Source of the DNA: Candidatus Latescibacterota bacterium
GTDB taxonomy: Bacteria; Latescibacterota; UBA2968; UBA8231
Length of the DNA stretch: 64,000 nt
Assembly (NCBI GenBank): GCA_965223905.1
Contig: CBDCXV010000001.1
Coordinates: 1,472,001-1,536,000, forward strand
Direction of reading: 5' to 3'
The notes beneath the pieces are model-generated. The model did no database searches, was not told the origin of the DNA, and saw only the letters and a list, made by a program, of their open reading frames with translations. The position numbers and the translations under genes are program-made. This document shows, one piece after another, positions 18,848 to 27,706 of the stretch; the first letter of the stretch is position 1; every line of letters starts with the position of its first letter.

Positions 18848-21800
18848 AGGTGCTTCCTCGCGATCGAATCACGTCGCCGTTGGGCGAATTCGGACACCTC
18901 GGGGGTGACTTGCGCGTTGCCCATCTCGCCCTCGGCTATGATCTCCTCGAACACGGCCACGGCCTGCTCCCACTCCTCGAGCCGCTGGAGGCAGACGCCG
19001 ACGTTGACCTTGGCAGCGACGCCGCCCGGCGTGTCGGGATAGCGTTTCCACACCTCTTCGAGAGGGATGATCGAGCCGCGCAGCTTGGCTTCGTCCTCCT
19101 CTCCGACCGCCAGGTTGAACTGTTCCATGGCGGCGCTGTACTCCTGGAAGGCGATCGCCTCGAGCAGTTGCGGCAGCACCGCGGTCGCCTCCGCGGCCTC
19201 CGCGGATCCGGGATACTCCTCCTGGATGGCCCTGAACTGGCCGTAGGCGAGCCGGTAATCCCCCGCGTTGAAGCTCATCTCGGCAAGGGTGTAGCGAACG
19301 GCAGGCAGGTGGCGGCCTCGCGGATAGCGTTCGGCGTAGGCCGAGAACGCCCGCGCGGTCTCCTCCGAACCCTGGCCGCCCGACGCGGCACTCGTCAGAC
19401 ACCATGCGATGTTGTACAGCGCGTTCTCGGCCACGGTGCTGGTCGGGTATCGGTCGATCACCGCCTGGTATGTCCGCCGCGCCAGCTCGTACTGCTTCAG
19501 GTTGAACCGGCACTCGCCGGCGCGGAAAAGGGCGTCGACCGCCACGTCCAGTCGCGGAAAGCGCTCGGCGGTTTGGGCAAAATGACCGGCGGCTTCATCG
19601 AAGCGGCTCTGGTTGTAGTAGGCGAAGCCCAGGTAGTACCGGGTGTAGCCGTCGTCCCGTCCGGAGAAATCCTCGAGCAGCTGTGTCAGTCGCCTCACCG
19701 CCTCATCCTGGCGGTCGAGCTGGAGCGCGGCCAACCCGCCCAGAAAGAGGAACTCGGGGGCGTAGAAGCCGCCTGGAAAGCGCTCCTGCCCGCCTGCCGC
19801 CGCGGCCCGGCCCGTGGCCGCATCCTGCAGCTGAATACTGGCGTCGGCGAGGAGGAACAGCGCCTTCTCGGCGACGAAGTACGGACGTTCCGGGGGCAGG
19901 CCTTCCTCTTCGAAATCGAGTTCTTCGATGCGGGCGCAGGCGGCGGCGACCTCGCCGTACCGACCTTCGCGGAAGGAGATCTCGGCCTGCGCCAGGTAGA
20001 GCTCGGCGGTCTCCAATGCCGTTTCCGTTTGCTCCGCCAGTTCTCCGTACAGGTCGAGTGCCTCGCCGAACCTGCCCAGGGAGGTATAGGCCGTGGCCAG
20101 GAGGCGCGGGGCTGAGGCGCGCAACTCGGGGTCGGTCCAGTCGCGCTCGAGGTCGCGCACCGCTTCCGCGATGCGGCCCATTTTAAACAAGGTGACGCCG
20201 CGGCCATACGCCGCGCGTTGTTCCAGGTCGAAGGCGGCGCCGGCGACGGCGGCGTCGAAGTGGGGCAGAGCGGCGGCGTGGTCGCCGAGGCTCGCGTGGC
20301 ATGCTCCCAGCAGGTAGCGGAACAGGGCCAGTGATGGACCATCCTGAGGATCGGCCGAACGGCGCCCGGCCTCCAGCACCTGGACCGCCCGCGCCGGTTC
20401 CCCGTTTTGAAGGAGGATCTGACCGGCTTCCTGGCGCGAGCGGGCGTAGAGGGCTGCCTCCGGGCGCACCTCCGTGAAGCGCTCGGCGGCGGCCGCCCAT
20501 TCGCCGGCTTCCTTCAGGACCACCCCCAGTTCGAAACGGGCGATGTCGGCCTCCGCATCGTCGGAGAATTCGCCGATTACCAGCTCGTAGACGGCCGCGC
20601 CGCCGCCGTATTCCTCGCGGCGGTGATGTAACCGGGCGATCTGGAACAGAGCGCTCTTGCGGTATCCCGCGCTGTCGCCGGCCTCACTGACGCTCGTGAA
20701 GAGGTCGAGCGCTTCATCCAGCTTGGCGCCGTCGTCCTGAAGCTGCAGGGCCAGCGCCAGATTGAAACGCAGTTCGATGTCGAAAGTGGAGCCTGGATAA
20801 GCCGTCAGCGTCTGGCGCAGCTCGGCCTCGGCGCGGCGGTGGTAGTCGAGTCGCTCCTCTTCCGGATGCCGTTCAGCCTCGCGGAACCACGCCCGGGCGA
20901 TCTGCAACCCGACCCCTTCGACGGCGAGCCCCGCCTGGGCGGCGCGCATCTCGTACAGGTCGCGGTAGCGATCGTACTCGCGCACCGCATCTTCGTAGCG
21001 CTCTATCTCGAAATAGCGGTTGGCGAGCAACAGCTGCATGCGCGCCTTGCCGAACGCATCCTGCCGTGCCTCGATCGCCCGGCGGTACACCTCGATGCAG
21101 GCTTTCAGGTCGCCCCGGTCGAAGTGCATGTCGGCGTGCCGCAGGTAGGCGTCCTCGGCCAGTCGGGGCTCTCCGCCGAACTGGGTGGCTACCGTTTCAA
21201 AAGCCTCGGCCGCCCTGTCGTGCTCCCCCAACCTGGCGTAGCACACGCCGATCCTCAACAGCGCCTTGGCCGCCAGTTCCAGAGCCGTTTCGTCGACGAG
21301 TCCGGCGATCTTCTCCCGTTTCATCAACAGGATTTCGCGCTCCGACATCTGGCCGATGCGTTGCGAGTCCACGAGCCGCTGGTACCTCGGGATGGCATCG
21401 GCGTAGCGCTCGAGCCTGAAGTAGGCCTCGCCGAGCTGGAACAGCGCCCGGTTTACCCGGTACCCGGTGGAGAAACGGGCGACGAGCTGCTCGAAGGCTT
21501 CGATGCTGTCGCCGTATTGCTCCATGTCGTAGTAGGCCCAGCCGATGTCGTACATCGCGTTGACGACGTACTTGCTTTCGGGGTAAGCCTCGATCAGCCT
21601 TCGAGCTCCGTCGATGGAGCGCTGGTATTCCTTCATTTTGTACCAACAGGTCACGGCCTGACTCCTGGCCAGGGCCTGGAGGGCCGTCACCGACGACGTC
21701 GCCTCGGTGGCGACGAAAAACTCGGCTGCCTGAGCAAACAACCGCGAAGCCCGGTCCAGATGCCCGGCGCGCTCGACCACGCCTCCCCGGCGCGCCGCCC

Positions 21801-22092
21801 TCCGCAGCTCCTCCTCCGCCATCTTGAAGTGAGCGTTTCCGGTCTGGTACCGGGCCACCTCGAGCAGCGGCGCGCTGATGTCGCCGACGGTGACCAGGAC
21901 CGCATCCGCATCCAAAAAGCGGCTGTCGCTGTCGCCGATCCGACCGTAGCTCTCGATGGCCTGATCGTACGCCCCGGACGAGTAGAATTTCTGGGCGTCG
22001 GCAAAGGACGCACGGAGCTCTTCGCTGGTCGGCGAGAACCGGGTCGCCGCGATCATCGCCACCAGCCCGCCCAGGATTGCCAGCTGGATCAA
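18844..22092 (-). CDS. Large exported TPR scaffold protein (BamD/YbgF-like repeats)
   Basis: Many TPR pairs of the type A.Y.IG.AYY..Y..A..F..L...YP.S; hydrophobic N-terminus; RBS AAAGGA before TTG. Confidence 0.88.
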   Translation of the reverse strand: MIQLAILGGLVAMIAATRFSPTSEELRASFADAQKFYSSGAYDQAIESYGRIGDSDSRFLDADAVLVTVGDISAPLLEVARYQTGNAHFKMAEEELRRAARRGGVVERAGHLDRASRLFAQAAEFFVATEATSSVTALQALARSQAVTCWYKMKEYQRSIDGARRLIEAYPESKYVVNAMYDIGWAYYDMEQYGDSIEAFEQLVARFSTGYRVNRALFQLGEAYFRLERYADAIPRYQRLVDSQRIGQMSEREILLMKREKIAGLVDETALELAAKALLRIGVCYARLGEHDRAAEAFETVATQFGGEPRLAEDAYLRHADMHFDRGDLKACIEVYRRAIEARQDAFGKARMQLLLANRYFEIERYEDAVREYDRYRDLYEMRAAQAGLAVEGVGLQIARAWFREAERHPEEERLDYHRRAEAELRQTLTAYPGSTFDIELRFNLALALQLQDDGAKLDEALDLFTSVSEAGDSAGYRKSALFQIARLHHRREEYGGGAAVYELVIGEFSDDAEADIARFELGVVLKEAGEWAAAAERFTEVRPEAALYARSRQEAGQILLQNGEPARAVQVLEAGRRSADPQDGPSLALFRYLLGACHASLGDHAAALPHFDAAVAGAAFDLEQRAAYGRGVTLFKMGRIAEAVRDLERDWTDPELRASAPRLLATAYTSLGRFGEALDLYGELAEQTETALETAELYLAQAEISFREGRYGEVAAACARIEELDFEEEGLPPERPYFVAEKALFLLADASIQLQDAATGRAAAAGGQERFPGGFYAPEFLFLGGLAALQLDRQDEAVRRLTQLLEDFSGRDDGYTRYYLGFAYYNQSRFDEAAGHFAQTAERFPRLDVAVDALFRAGECRFNLKQYELARRTYQAVIDRYPTSTVAENALYNIAWCLTSAASGGQGSEETARAFSAYAERYPRGRHLPAVRYTLAEMSFNAGDYRLAYGQFRAIQEEYPGSAEAAEATAVLPQLLEAIAFQEYSAAMEQFNLAVGEEDEAKLRGSIIPLEEVWKRYPDTPGGVAAKVNVGVCLQRLEEWEQAVAVFEEIIAEGEMGNAQVTPEVSEFAQRRRDSIARKHL

Positions 22093-22105
22093 AGCCGATC
22101 CTTTC

Positions 22106-24931
22106 TCATTCGTCGAACCCGAGGATGACGTTGAAAAAGAGGGTAATCGTGTCCCAGCTTTCCGCCGCCCGCAACGGGTCGCTGAATCGACGCGACCGCG
22201 TTCGCGCTCCCAGGTTCATCGCCACTTCGTAGCCGAAGTAGGGCGAGCGGTTCGTCAGCTGCAACACCCGGGATTCCTCATCGAGGCTGTTGAATCCGTC
22301 GGCGCGGTCGTCGAGGCGCACGGGCAGGCCCGGCAGGCCCTCCATGCCGAACCACACATGGGTGCGGTCGGACAGCCGGTACTGCACCTTGAAGACCGGC
22401 ATCAGCGTCCATTCATGGGCGAGGTCGACGGGAAGGCTCTCACGGGTGCGGCGCAGCACCAGTCCCTTGCATTGCCCGGTGATCTGCCACTGCCGGGTCG
22501 GCTCCCAAACGTACTCGCTCTTGGCCACCACGGTCAGCAGGGCGAGTCTGTCGGGAGGCTGGTCGCTGCCGTCCGCCAGGTGGGCTCCCCGCTGACGGTT
22601 GACGGCGTACCGCGCATTCCCCCAGAGGCGCAGGCCGCTCGCCGCTCGCCACTCCCCTTCCAGATAATGCTGGCGGTCGACACTGTTCCGCCACTCCAGC
22701 TCATCGCTGAAGATGCGCCGCAGGTAGCGGGGGAATGTTCCCGTTCCCGTCAGCTGCTCGGCGAAGACCTGATACGGGTTCTCGATGTCGTCGTGCAGAC
22801 GCTGGAGCAGGGTCTCGGCGCGGATATAACCCCGGTCCGGGTTGGCCTGCTCGAACGTAACGCGCCCGTACACACTCTCGTTGCGGGCGCCGCTGGCAAT
22901 CCCCTTCGCGTGCAGGCGACCCGCTGACAGCCCGGCCCCATACGGCAGGCGCAGGCGACCGTAGAAATGGGTGCCGCGCTGATCCAGCTCGTACGGATAA
23001 TCCGGACGCAGATCATCCTCGCGCACATCCACGATGCCGTTGTTGTTCCAGTCCCGGCCGTAGGCGAATTGGTCCGACTCGACGTCAAAACGAAGGAACG
23101 GCTCCAGGTAATCCGGCAAGTCGTTGCCGTTCCGGTTCGTGTCCGGTATACCGTCATGGTCCTCGTCCTTGCCGGGGAACACGCCGTCCGGGTCGTATTC
23201 AGGGGATGTGTAGAAGATCGCCGGTCTGTGGCCGTGGCCGATGTCGGGGTAGCGGTCGTTGTCGTCGTTGTCCTCGACGAAACCGCTGTTGTAGTCCTCG
23301 TCCATCGAAAAAACCTCGCCGCCGCTCTCCACCATCTCCCGGCGCCATTGGGCCGTGATGTAGTAGGCGCCGGAGGCGGTGGTACTGCGGTCCCCATTCC
23401 ACTGGCGCAGCGCCCGGGTCTCGCCCAGGGTCCGAAAACCAGGCTGACCGTTGGGATACTGCCTGTACTCGACGCTGCGCGCGTATTCCCATTGCACCCG
23501 GGCGCCGCCGGCCTCCCACGAGCCGTTCAGGCCCCACAGCATGCGGCCGGTCCAGCCACCCACGTTAAGGGTGACCCATTCGAGATTCGACAGGTCCTGC
23601 ACGTTGCCCTGCGACCGCAGCTGCGCCCGGATCCCCGATATCGCCCGGGTATGGCCCTGCCCTCCTTCGTCCAGCCCGGAGATTATCCCGCCTCCGATAC
23701 TCCAGCGGAGCTCCTCGTTCCGGGTCCGCTCGTTGGCCATGAACAGTCCGAAGATATCCACCCGGTAGTCGTTGCCCACCAGCGCTTCGAGTTGCGCTCC
23801 ACTCACCTGCGGCTCGTTGCGCAGGTCATAGTAGAACATGACGACCTCATCGCCGTCCGCCCGCCTCTGCGGGGCTCCCGGAGGCAACGGCTCCACCCAG
23901 CGCAGCAGCTCCGGCAGATTCACGGAACTCTCCACGTCCTCGCCGGCCAGATGGCGCCGCAGGTAGAGCACGTCGGCGTACTTCGTTCCCTCGTCCGCGT
24001 ACAGCGTGCGCCGGAATCCCGAGCGCGTATCGCGGCCGACGGCGGAGGGATTCCGCGCCTTGATGCGCACGATGAACGGCTGCAGGTCGGGGCGCGGTTG
24101 CCCGTTCAGATGCATCCTGACCTCGTTGATGACGGCTCCCGCGACATCGTCGTCGGGCGAATCATCGGCGAACCGCACGATCAGAAAGCTCGGCAATACC
24201 TGAACCGATTGCAGGCCGCCGCGCAGCGCGAAATCGGCCTGGTGGGCGTCGAAGAGATGGAAATTCACCGCCGTCGCCCCCAGCTTCGCTGCGCCCGCCC
24301 GCACCTCGCCGTGTCCTCCGAGCAGCATCGCCGCATCCCGTTGCTTGGCGGCGACGTCGTTTTCTCTCCAGGTCGGTTGCTGGCCGTACAGATCCCTGGA
24401 AACCGGCCCCGTCCAGCGCTGGGCGATGGCGGTGAAACGGGTGTGCCTGGTTTCGGTGTCCAGACGCACGCCGTCGAAACCGGCCAGGCGCAACGTCAGC
24501 GGCGTGAACAGCGTGCGGATCTCGCTCCCGATGATGAGGCCCCCCGCCCATCCTTTGTGAGACTCCTTGGCGACGATGTTGCGCTCGAAGCGGTCCCACC
24601 TCTGCCTGTTTTCCAGCGGCAGGGGGAGGTCCCTGATGCTGCGGGGCTCGATCGAGGCGGTGTTCGTCCTCATCTCCCGCCACCGGTACACGTCGTATCC
24701 CTTGATCAGAAAGTTGCCCATCGGACCGTAATGGTTGACCCTGGAATACCGGCTCGAGTCGGGGATTGCGTAGTCGGTAAAGCTGTAGTCCCGGTAGCCG
24801 GGTCCCGCACGGTAGAGGAAGTCCCTGGCGGCCAGGATTCGGGGCACCCCGGGTGCGTTCTGCGCTCCCGCAGCGCCCACACACCCTATCAGATAGCAGG
24901 CGGCCAGGCATGTCGACCGGACGCCCCTCAT
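22106..24931 (-). CDS. Exported ~940-aa protein, putative outer-membrane beta-barrel with Asp-rich loops (paralog A)
   Basis: Signal peptide ending AGA-Q; DNDDNDRYPD/FPGKDEDHDG/PDYPY cassette; amphipathic strands in the C-terminal third. Confidence 0.7.
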   Translation of the reverse strand: MRGVRSTCLAACYLIGCVGAAGAQNAPGVPRILAARDFLYRAGPGYRDYSFTDYAIPDSSRYSRVNHYGPMGNFLIKGYDVYRWREMRTNTASIEPRSIRDLPLPLENRQRWDRFERNIVAKESHKGWAGGLIIGSEIRTLFTPLTLRLAGFDGVRLDTETRHTRFTAIAQRWTGPVSRDLYGQQPTWRENDVAAKQRDAAMLLGGHGEVRAGAAKLGATAVNFHLFDAHQADFALRGGLQSVQVLPSFLIVRFADDSPDDDVAGAVINEVRMHLNGQPRPDLQPFIVRIKARNPSAVGRDTRSGFRRTLYADEGTKYADVLYLRRHLAGEDVESSVNLPELLRWVEPLPPGAPQRRADGDEVVMFYYDLRNEPQVSGAQLEALVGNDYRVDIFGLFMANERTRNEELRWSIGGGIISGLDEGGQGHTRAISGIRAQLRSQGNVQDLSNLEWVTLNVGGWTGRMLWGLNGSWEAGGARVQWEYARSVEYRQYPNGQPGFRTLGETRALRQWNGDRSTTASGAYYITAQWRREMVESGGEVFSMDEDYNSGFVEDNDDNDRYPDIGHGHRPAIFYTSPEYDPDGVFPGKDEDHDGIPDTNRNGNDLPDYLEPFLRFDVESDQFAYGRDWNNNGIVDVREDDLRPDYPYELDQRGTHFYGRLRLPYGAGLSAGRLHAKGIASGARNESVYGRVTFEQANPDRGYIRAETLLQRLHDDIENPYQVFAEQLTGTGTFPRYLRRIFSDELEWRNSVDRQHYLEGEWRAASGLRLWGNARYAVNRQRGAHLADGSDQPPDRLALLTVVAKSEYVWEPTRQWQITGQCKGLVLRRTRESLPVDLAHEWTLMPVFKVQYRLSDRTHVWFGMEGLPGLPVRLDDRADGFNSLDEESRVLQLTNRSPYFGYEVAMNLGARTRSRRFSDPLRAAESWDTITLFFNVILGFDE

Positions 24932-27705
24932 CCCTGGAACGGCTCCACACCCATCACCAGTCGCAGGAAGAACAGGGACCGATCGATGTCCTGCAGGGCG
25001 CGCCTGCGGTCCTTGAACCTCAGCTTCTTAAGCTGGTAACCCACGTTGAGGGTCATAAGGTGGCCCTGGTAGGTGGAGGTATTGATCAGCATCGCGATGT
25101 AGTCCTCGGAGGAATAGTCCACCTCGCGATTGAGAGGAAAGCGGTACTGGCTTTTTAGGAAGGGCAGCCCCTGAGCACCCGCGCGCAGAGAGGTCCGCGG
25201 CGTCAACGGGTAATCGACCACCGCGATCGGATAGAAAAGACGCTCGGAGATCTCGTTCACCCTGCCCCTGGCGTCCTTCTTCCGGTAAAGCATGTATTTC
25301 ACCTTCGGGGTAATGGTCAGCGAGTGCACTCTCCAGGCGTAATCCGCCCTGAGCACCCATGCCAGCTCGCGCACCGAGTTGCCCGGCTGCAGGGCGGTCT
25401 TGCGCTGCCGATTGAGGGTGTGCTTGAATCGATTGTTGATGTTCAAGTTCCGCACGCGCAGGAACGTGGCATCGAAGTAGGCCGTGTTCGCCCAACTATC
25501 CCTCATCAACAGTTCGTCTTCCACTTCGGCGGTAAAGGAACTGAGGACAAATGAGTTCGGATTCCGGGGGATCGCGTGCTGCTCGAAGAAGGCGAACCGG
25601 GGCGTATCGTCGGCGATGTCGTCGCGGACCCGCTTGAGCGTGTTGGTGATGTTCACCCGGGCGTACGGATAGAGGGGGCGCTGGTAGTTGAGCTTGGCGT
25701 AAGAGACCCGATTGCGCCCGCCTCCCCAGATCCCTTCGACCCGGTAGCGCCCCACGGCCAGTTTGAGATCGTTGGCCGCTTCGAACTCCACGTACAGGTG
25801 GTGTCCTTTGGAGTCGGTCTCGTAGGGATAATCCGGGTCGCGATCGTCCTCGCGGTGATCGATGAGGCCGTTGTTGTTCAGATCGTCTCCCGGAGCGTAT
25901 TCCGGGGGATCGACCTTGTAGAGGAAAAACGGTTCCAGGTAGTCGGGCTCGTTGTTTCCATTTTCGTTCGTGTCCGTGCGGCCGTCCTGGTCCTGGTCCA
26001 GTCCGGGAAAGACACCGTCGATGTCGCCGAAGCTGATGGGTAGAAAGTGGAAATCCGGAAGCAGATCCTTGTCGTCGTTGTCGTCGACCGTGTCCAGCTC
26101 CAGAGTGTCGTTGTAGCGTTCTACCCAGTTGGGTTGGATCTCGCCGGCGAACGGTGCCCCGATGACGTCGGTGTAGGTTCGGAACACGGGACTCTGAACG
26201 GACAGGGAAGTCCCGTAGAGCGGGTCCATTCTAAAGAGCTCCCCGCCCATGACGAAGTGGTCGAACCGCCGTGTCGCGTTGATGTAAAACGCATCCCCGG
26301 TACGCTTTTGCCAACGCTGCCGGCCCAGTCTCGTCGGGTACTGCCGGAAGTCGAAACTGCGCGCCCACTCGGAGCGCACCTGAAAGCCGGAACTCTCGAA
26401 CTCCGCCCGGACGCTGGCTGCGGTTCTCCCGCTCTGCCTGCCGTATTCGAATTCCACCCAGCGCAGGTTGGCGCCGTCCTGGACCTTGCCTTCCTGGGCG
26501 GCGACGTCGTAGAAGTAGGAGGCCTGCTGGCCGAAGCCCCCGGCCCCCGAGGCCAGCGGACGGATTTCGGAGATGCTGATGCGGTAGTCGTTGGCCACCA
26601 GGGCCTTGAAGCGGATGGACTCGATGCCGTCGCGCTCCTGTTCGGGAATCGCGAACCAGTAGATGAGGAATTCGCTGCCGTTGGCCTCGAGGAAACCCTC
26701 GCGCGTCGGATCCTGAAGCGGGAAATCCCCCCGGCCGAACTGGATGTAGGGAGGAATGGCGCGATCGCGTGGGAACAACCGGTCCCAGTTGACGTTGGTT
26801 TGCTCGATTTCGCGGGAATCGTGCCGGGTGATGCTGACCTCGACAAAGGCATCGAGGTCCCCATCGATCTGCATATCGAGAACGCGGGCTCCCTTGCCGT
26901 CGTTCTCGGTGCCATCGCTGACTTTGACGGCGATCAGCATCGGCGGCAAGGTTCCCGTCGAAGGAAGCACCCCCTTCAGGCCGTGGTCGCCCCAGTCGAT
27001 GAAGCTGTCCGTGCGGTTCATGTTCACGTAGGTGAATCTCAGGTTCAGGGCGCCGATCTCTCGATCCAGGTGACCGCCCAGCAGATAGGTCGGCTCCTGT
27101 CGTTTCCCGTGAAAGGCGTTGTCTTCCGGCAACGCCCTGCCCACGAGGAGCTTTGCCTGGTATATGGGAGCGTCGAACCTGGAGGAGATCAGCGAGACCC
27201 TGGTGTTCTTCGTCGCCAGATCCCAACGCACCCCGTTCAAAGCAGCCAGATCGAGCGTGAGGGCGGTGAACTTGGTGCGGATGCGGTCGCCGACGATGAG
27301 CCGGCTGTTCCAGTTCTTGTAGCTGTCGTGAGCCACGACCAGATTGTTCACCCAGTCCGAGTACATGGACCTCGACTGCCCAGCGCTGACGCCGCGCTCC
27401 CCGAAGGCCCTGTTGGACTTGTCGATCAGGCTGCCATCGGTGAGGGCCAGCGATGGCCTGGTCTCCTCGCTGGTCCAGATCGTCGTGCCGCGCATGATGG
27501 AATTGCCCAGGTGATCGAAGACCGGCGCTCTTCTCCGCGACCACGGGTCCACCGCGTACGGGTAATAGCCATGGCGGGCGTAGCTTTCCTCGTAGAACTC
27601 GGCCTCGTCGTAGAGCAGCTGGCACAATCCGCCAGCCGGAATGAAAAGAACCGCCCACCATCCCAGGACGAGGGATCTGAGACCGCCGGCTGTTGGCCCC
27701 GCCAT
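24928..27705 (-). CDS. Exported ~925-aa protein, putative outer-membrane beta-barrel (paralog B)
   Basis: Colinear motifs shared with A and C (GD.IRT.F..LTL..G.RWD, LLGGH, NDYRI, FPGLDQDQDG, PDYPY). Confidence 0.7.
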   Translation of the reverse strand: MAGPTAGGLRSLVLGWWAVLFIPAGGLCQLLYDEAEFYEESYARHGYYPYAVDPWSRRRAPVFDHLGNSIMRGTTIWTSEETRPSLALTDGSLIDKSNRAFGERGVSAGQSRSMYSDWVNNLVVAHDSYKNWNSRLIVGDRIRTKFTALTLDLAALNGVRWDLATKNTRVSLISSRFDAPIYQAKLLVGRALPEDNAFHGKRQEPTYLLGGHLDREIGALNLRFTYVNMNRTDSFIDWGDHGLKGVLPSTGTLPPMLIAVKVSDGTENDGKGARVLDMQIDGDLDAFVEVSITRHDSREIEQTNVNWDRLFPRDRAIPPYIQFGRGDFPLQDPTREGFLEANGSEFLIYWFAIPEQERDGIESIRFKALVANDYRISISEIRPLASGAGGFGQQASYFYDVAAQEGKVQDGANLRWVEFEYGRQSGRTAASVRAEFESSGFQVRSEWARSFDFRQYPTRLGRQRWQKRTGDAFYINATRRFDHFVMGGELFRMDPLYGTSLSVQSPVFRTYTDVIGAPFAGEIQPNWVERYNDTLELDTVDDNDDKDLLPDFHFLPISFGDIDGVFPGLDQDQDGRTDTNENGNNEPDYLEPFFLYKVDPPEYAPGDDLNNNGLIDHREDDRDPDYPYETDSKGHHLYVEFEAANDLKLAVGRYRVEGIWGGGRNRVSYAKLNYQRPLYPYARVNITNTLKRVRDDIADDTPRFAFFEQHAIPRNPNSFVLSSFTAEVEDELLMRDSWANTAYFDATFLRVRNLNINNRFKHTLNRQRKTALQPGNSVRELAWVLRADYAWRVHSLTITPKVKYMLYRKKDARGRVNEISERLFYPIAVVDYPLTPRTSLRAGAQGLPFLKSQYRFPLNREVDYSSEDYIAMLINTSTYQGHLMTLNVGYQLKKLRFKDRRRALQDIDRSLFFLRLVMGVEPFQG

Positions 27706-27706
27706 T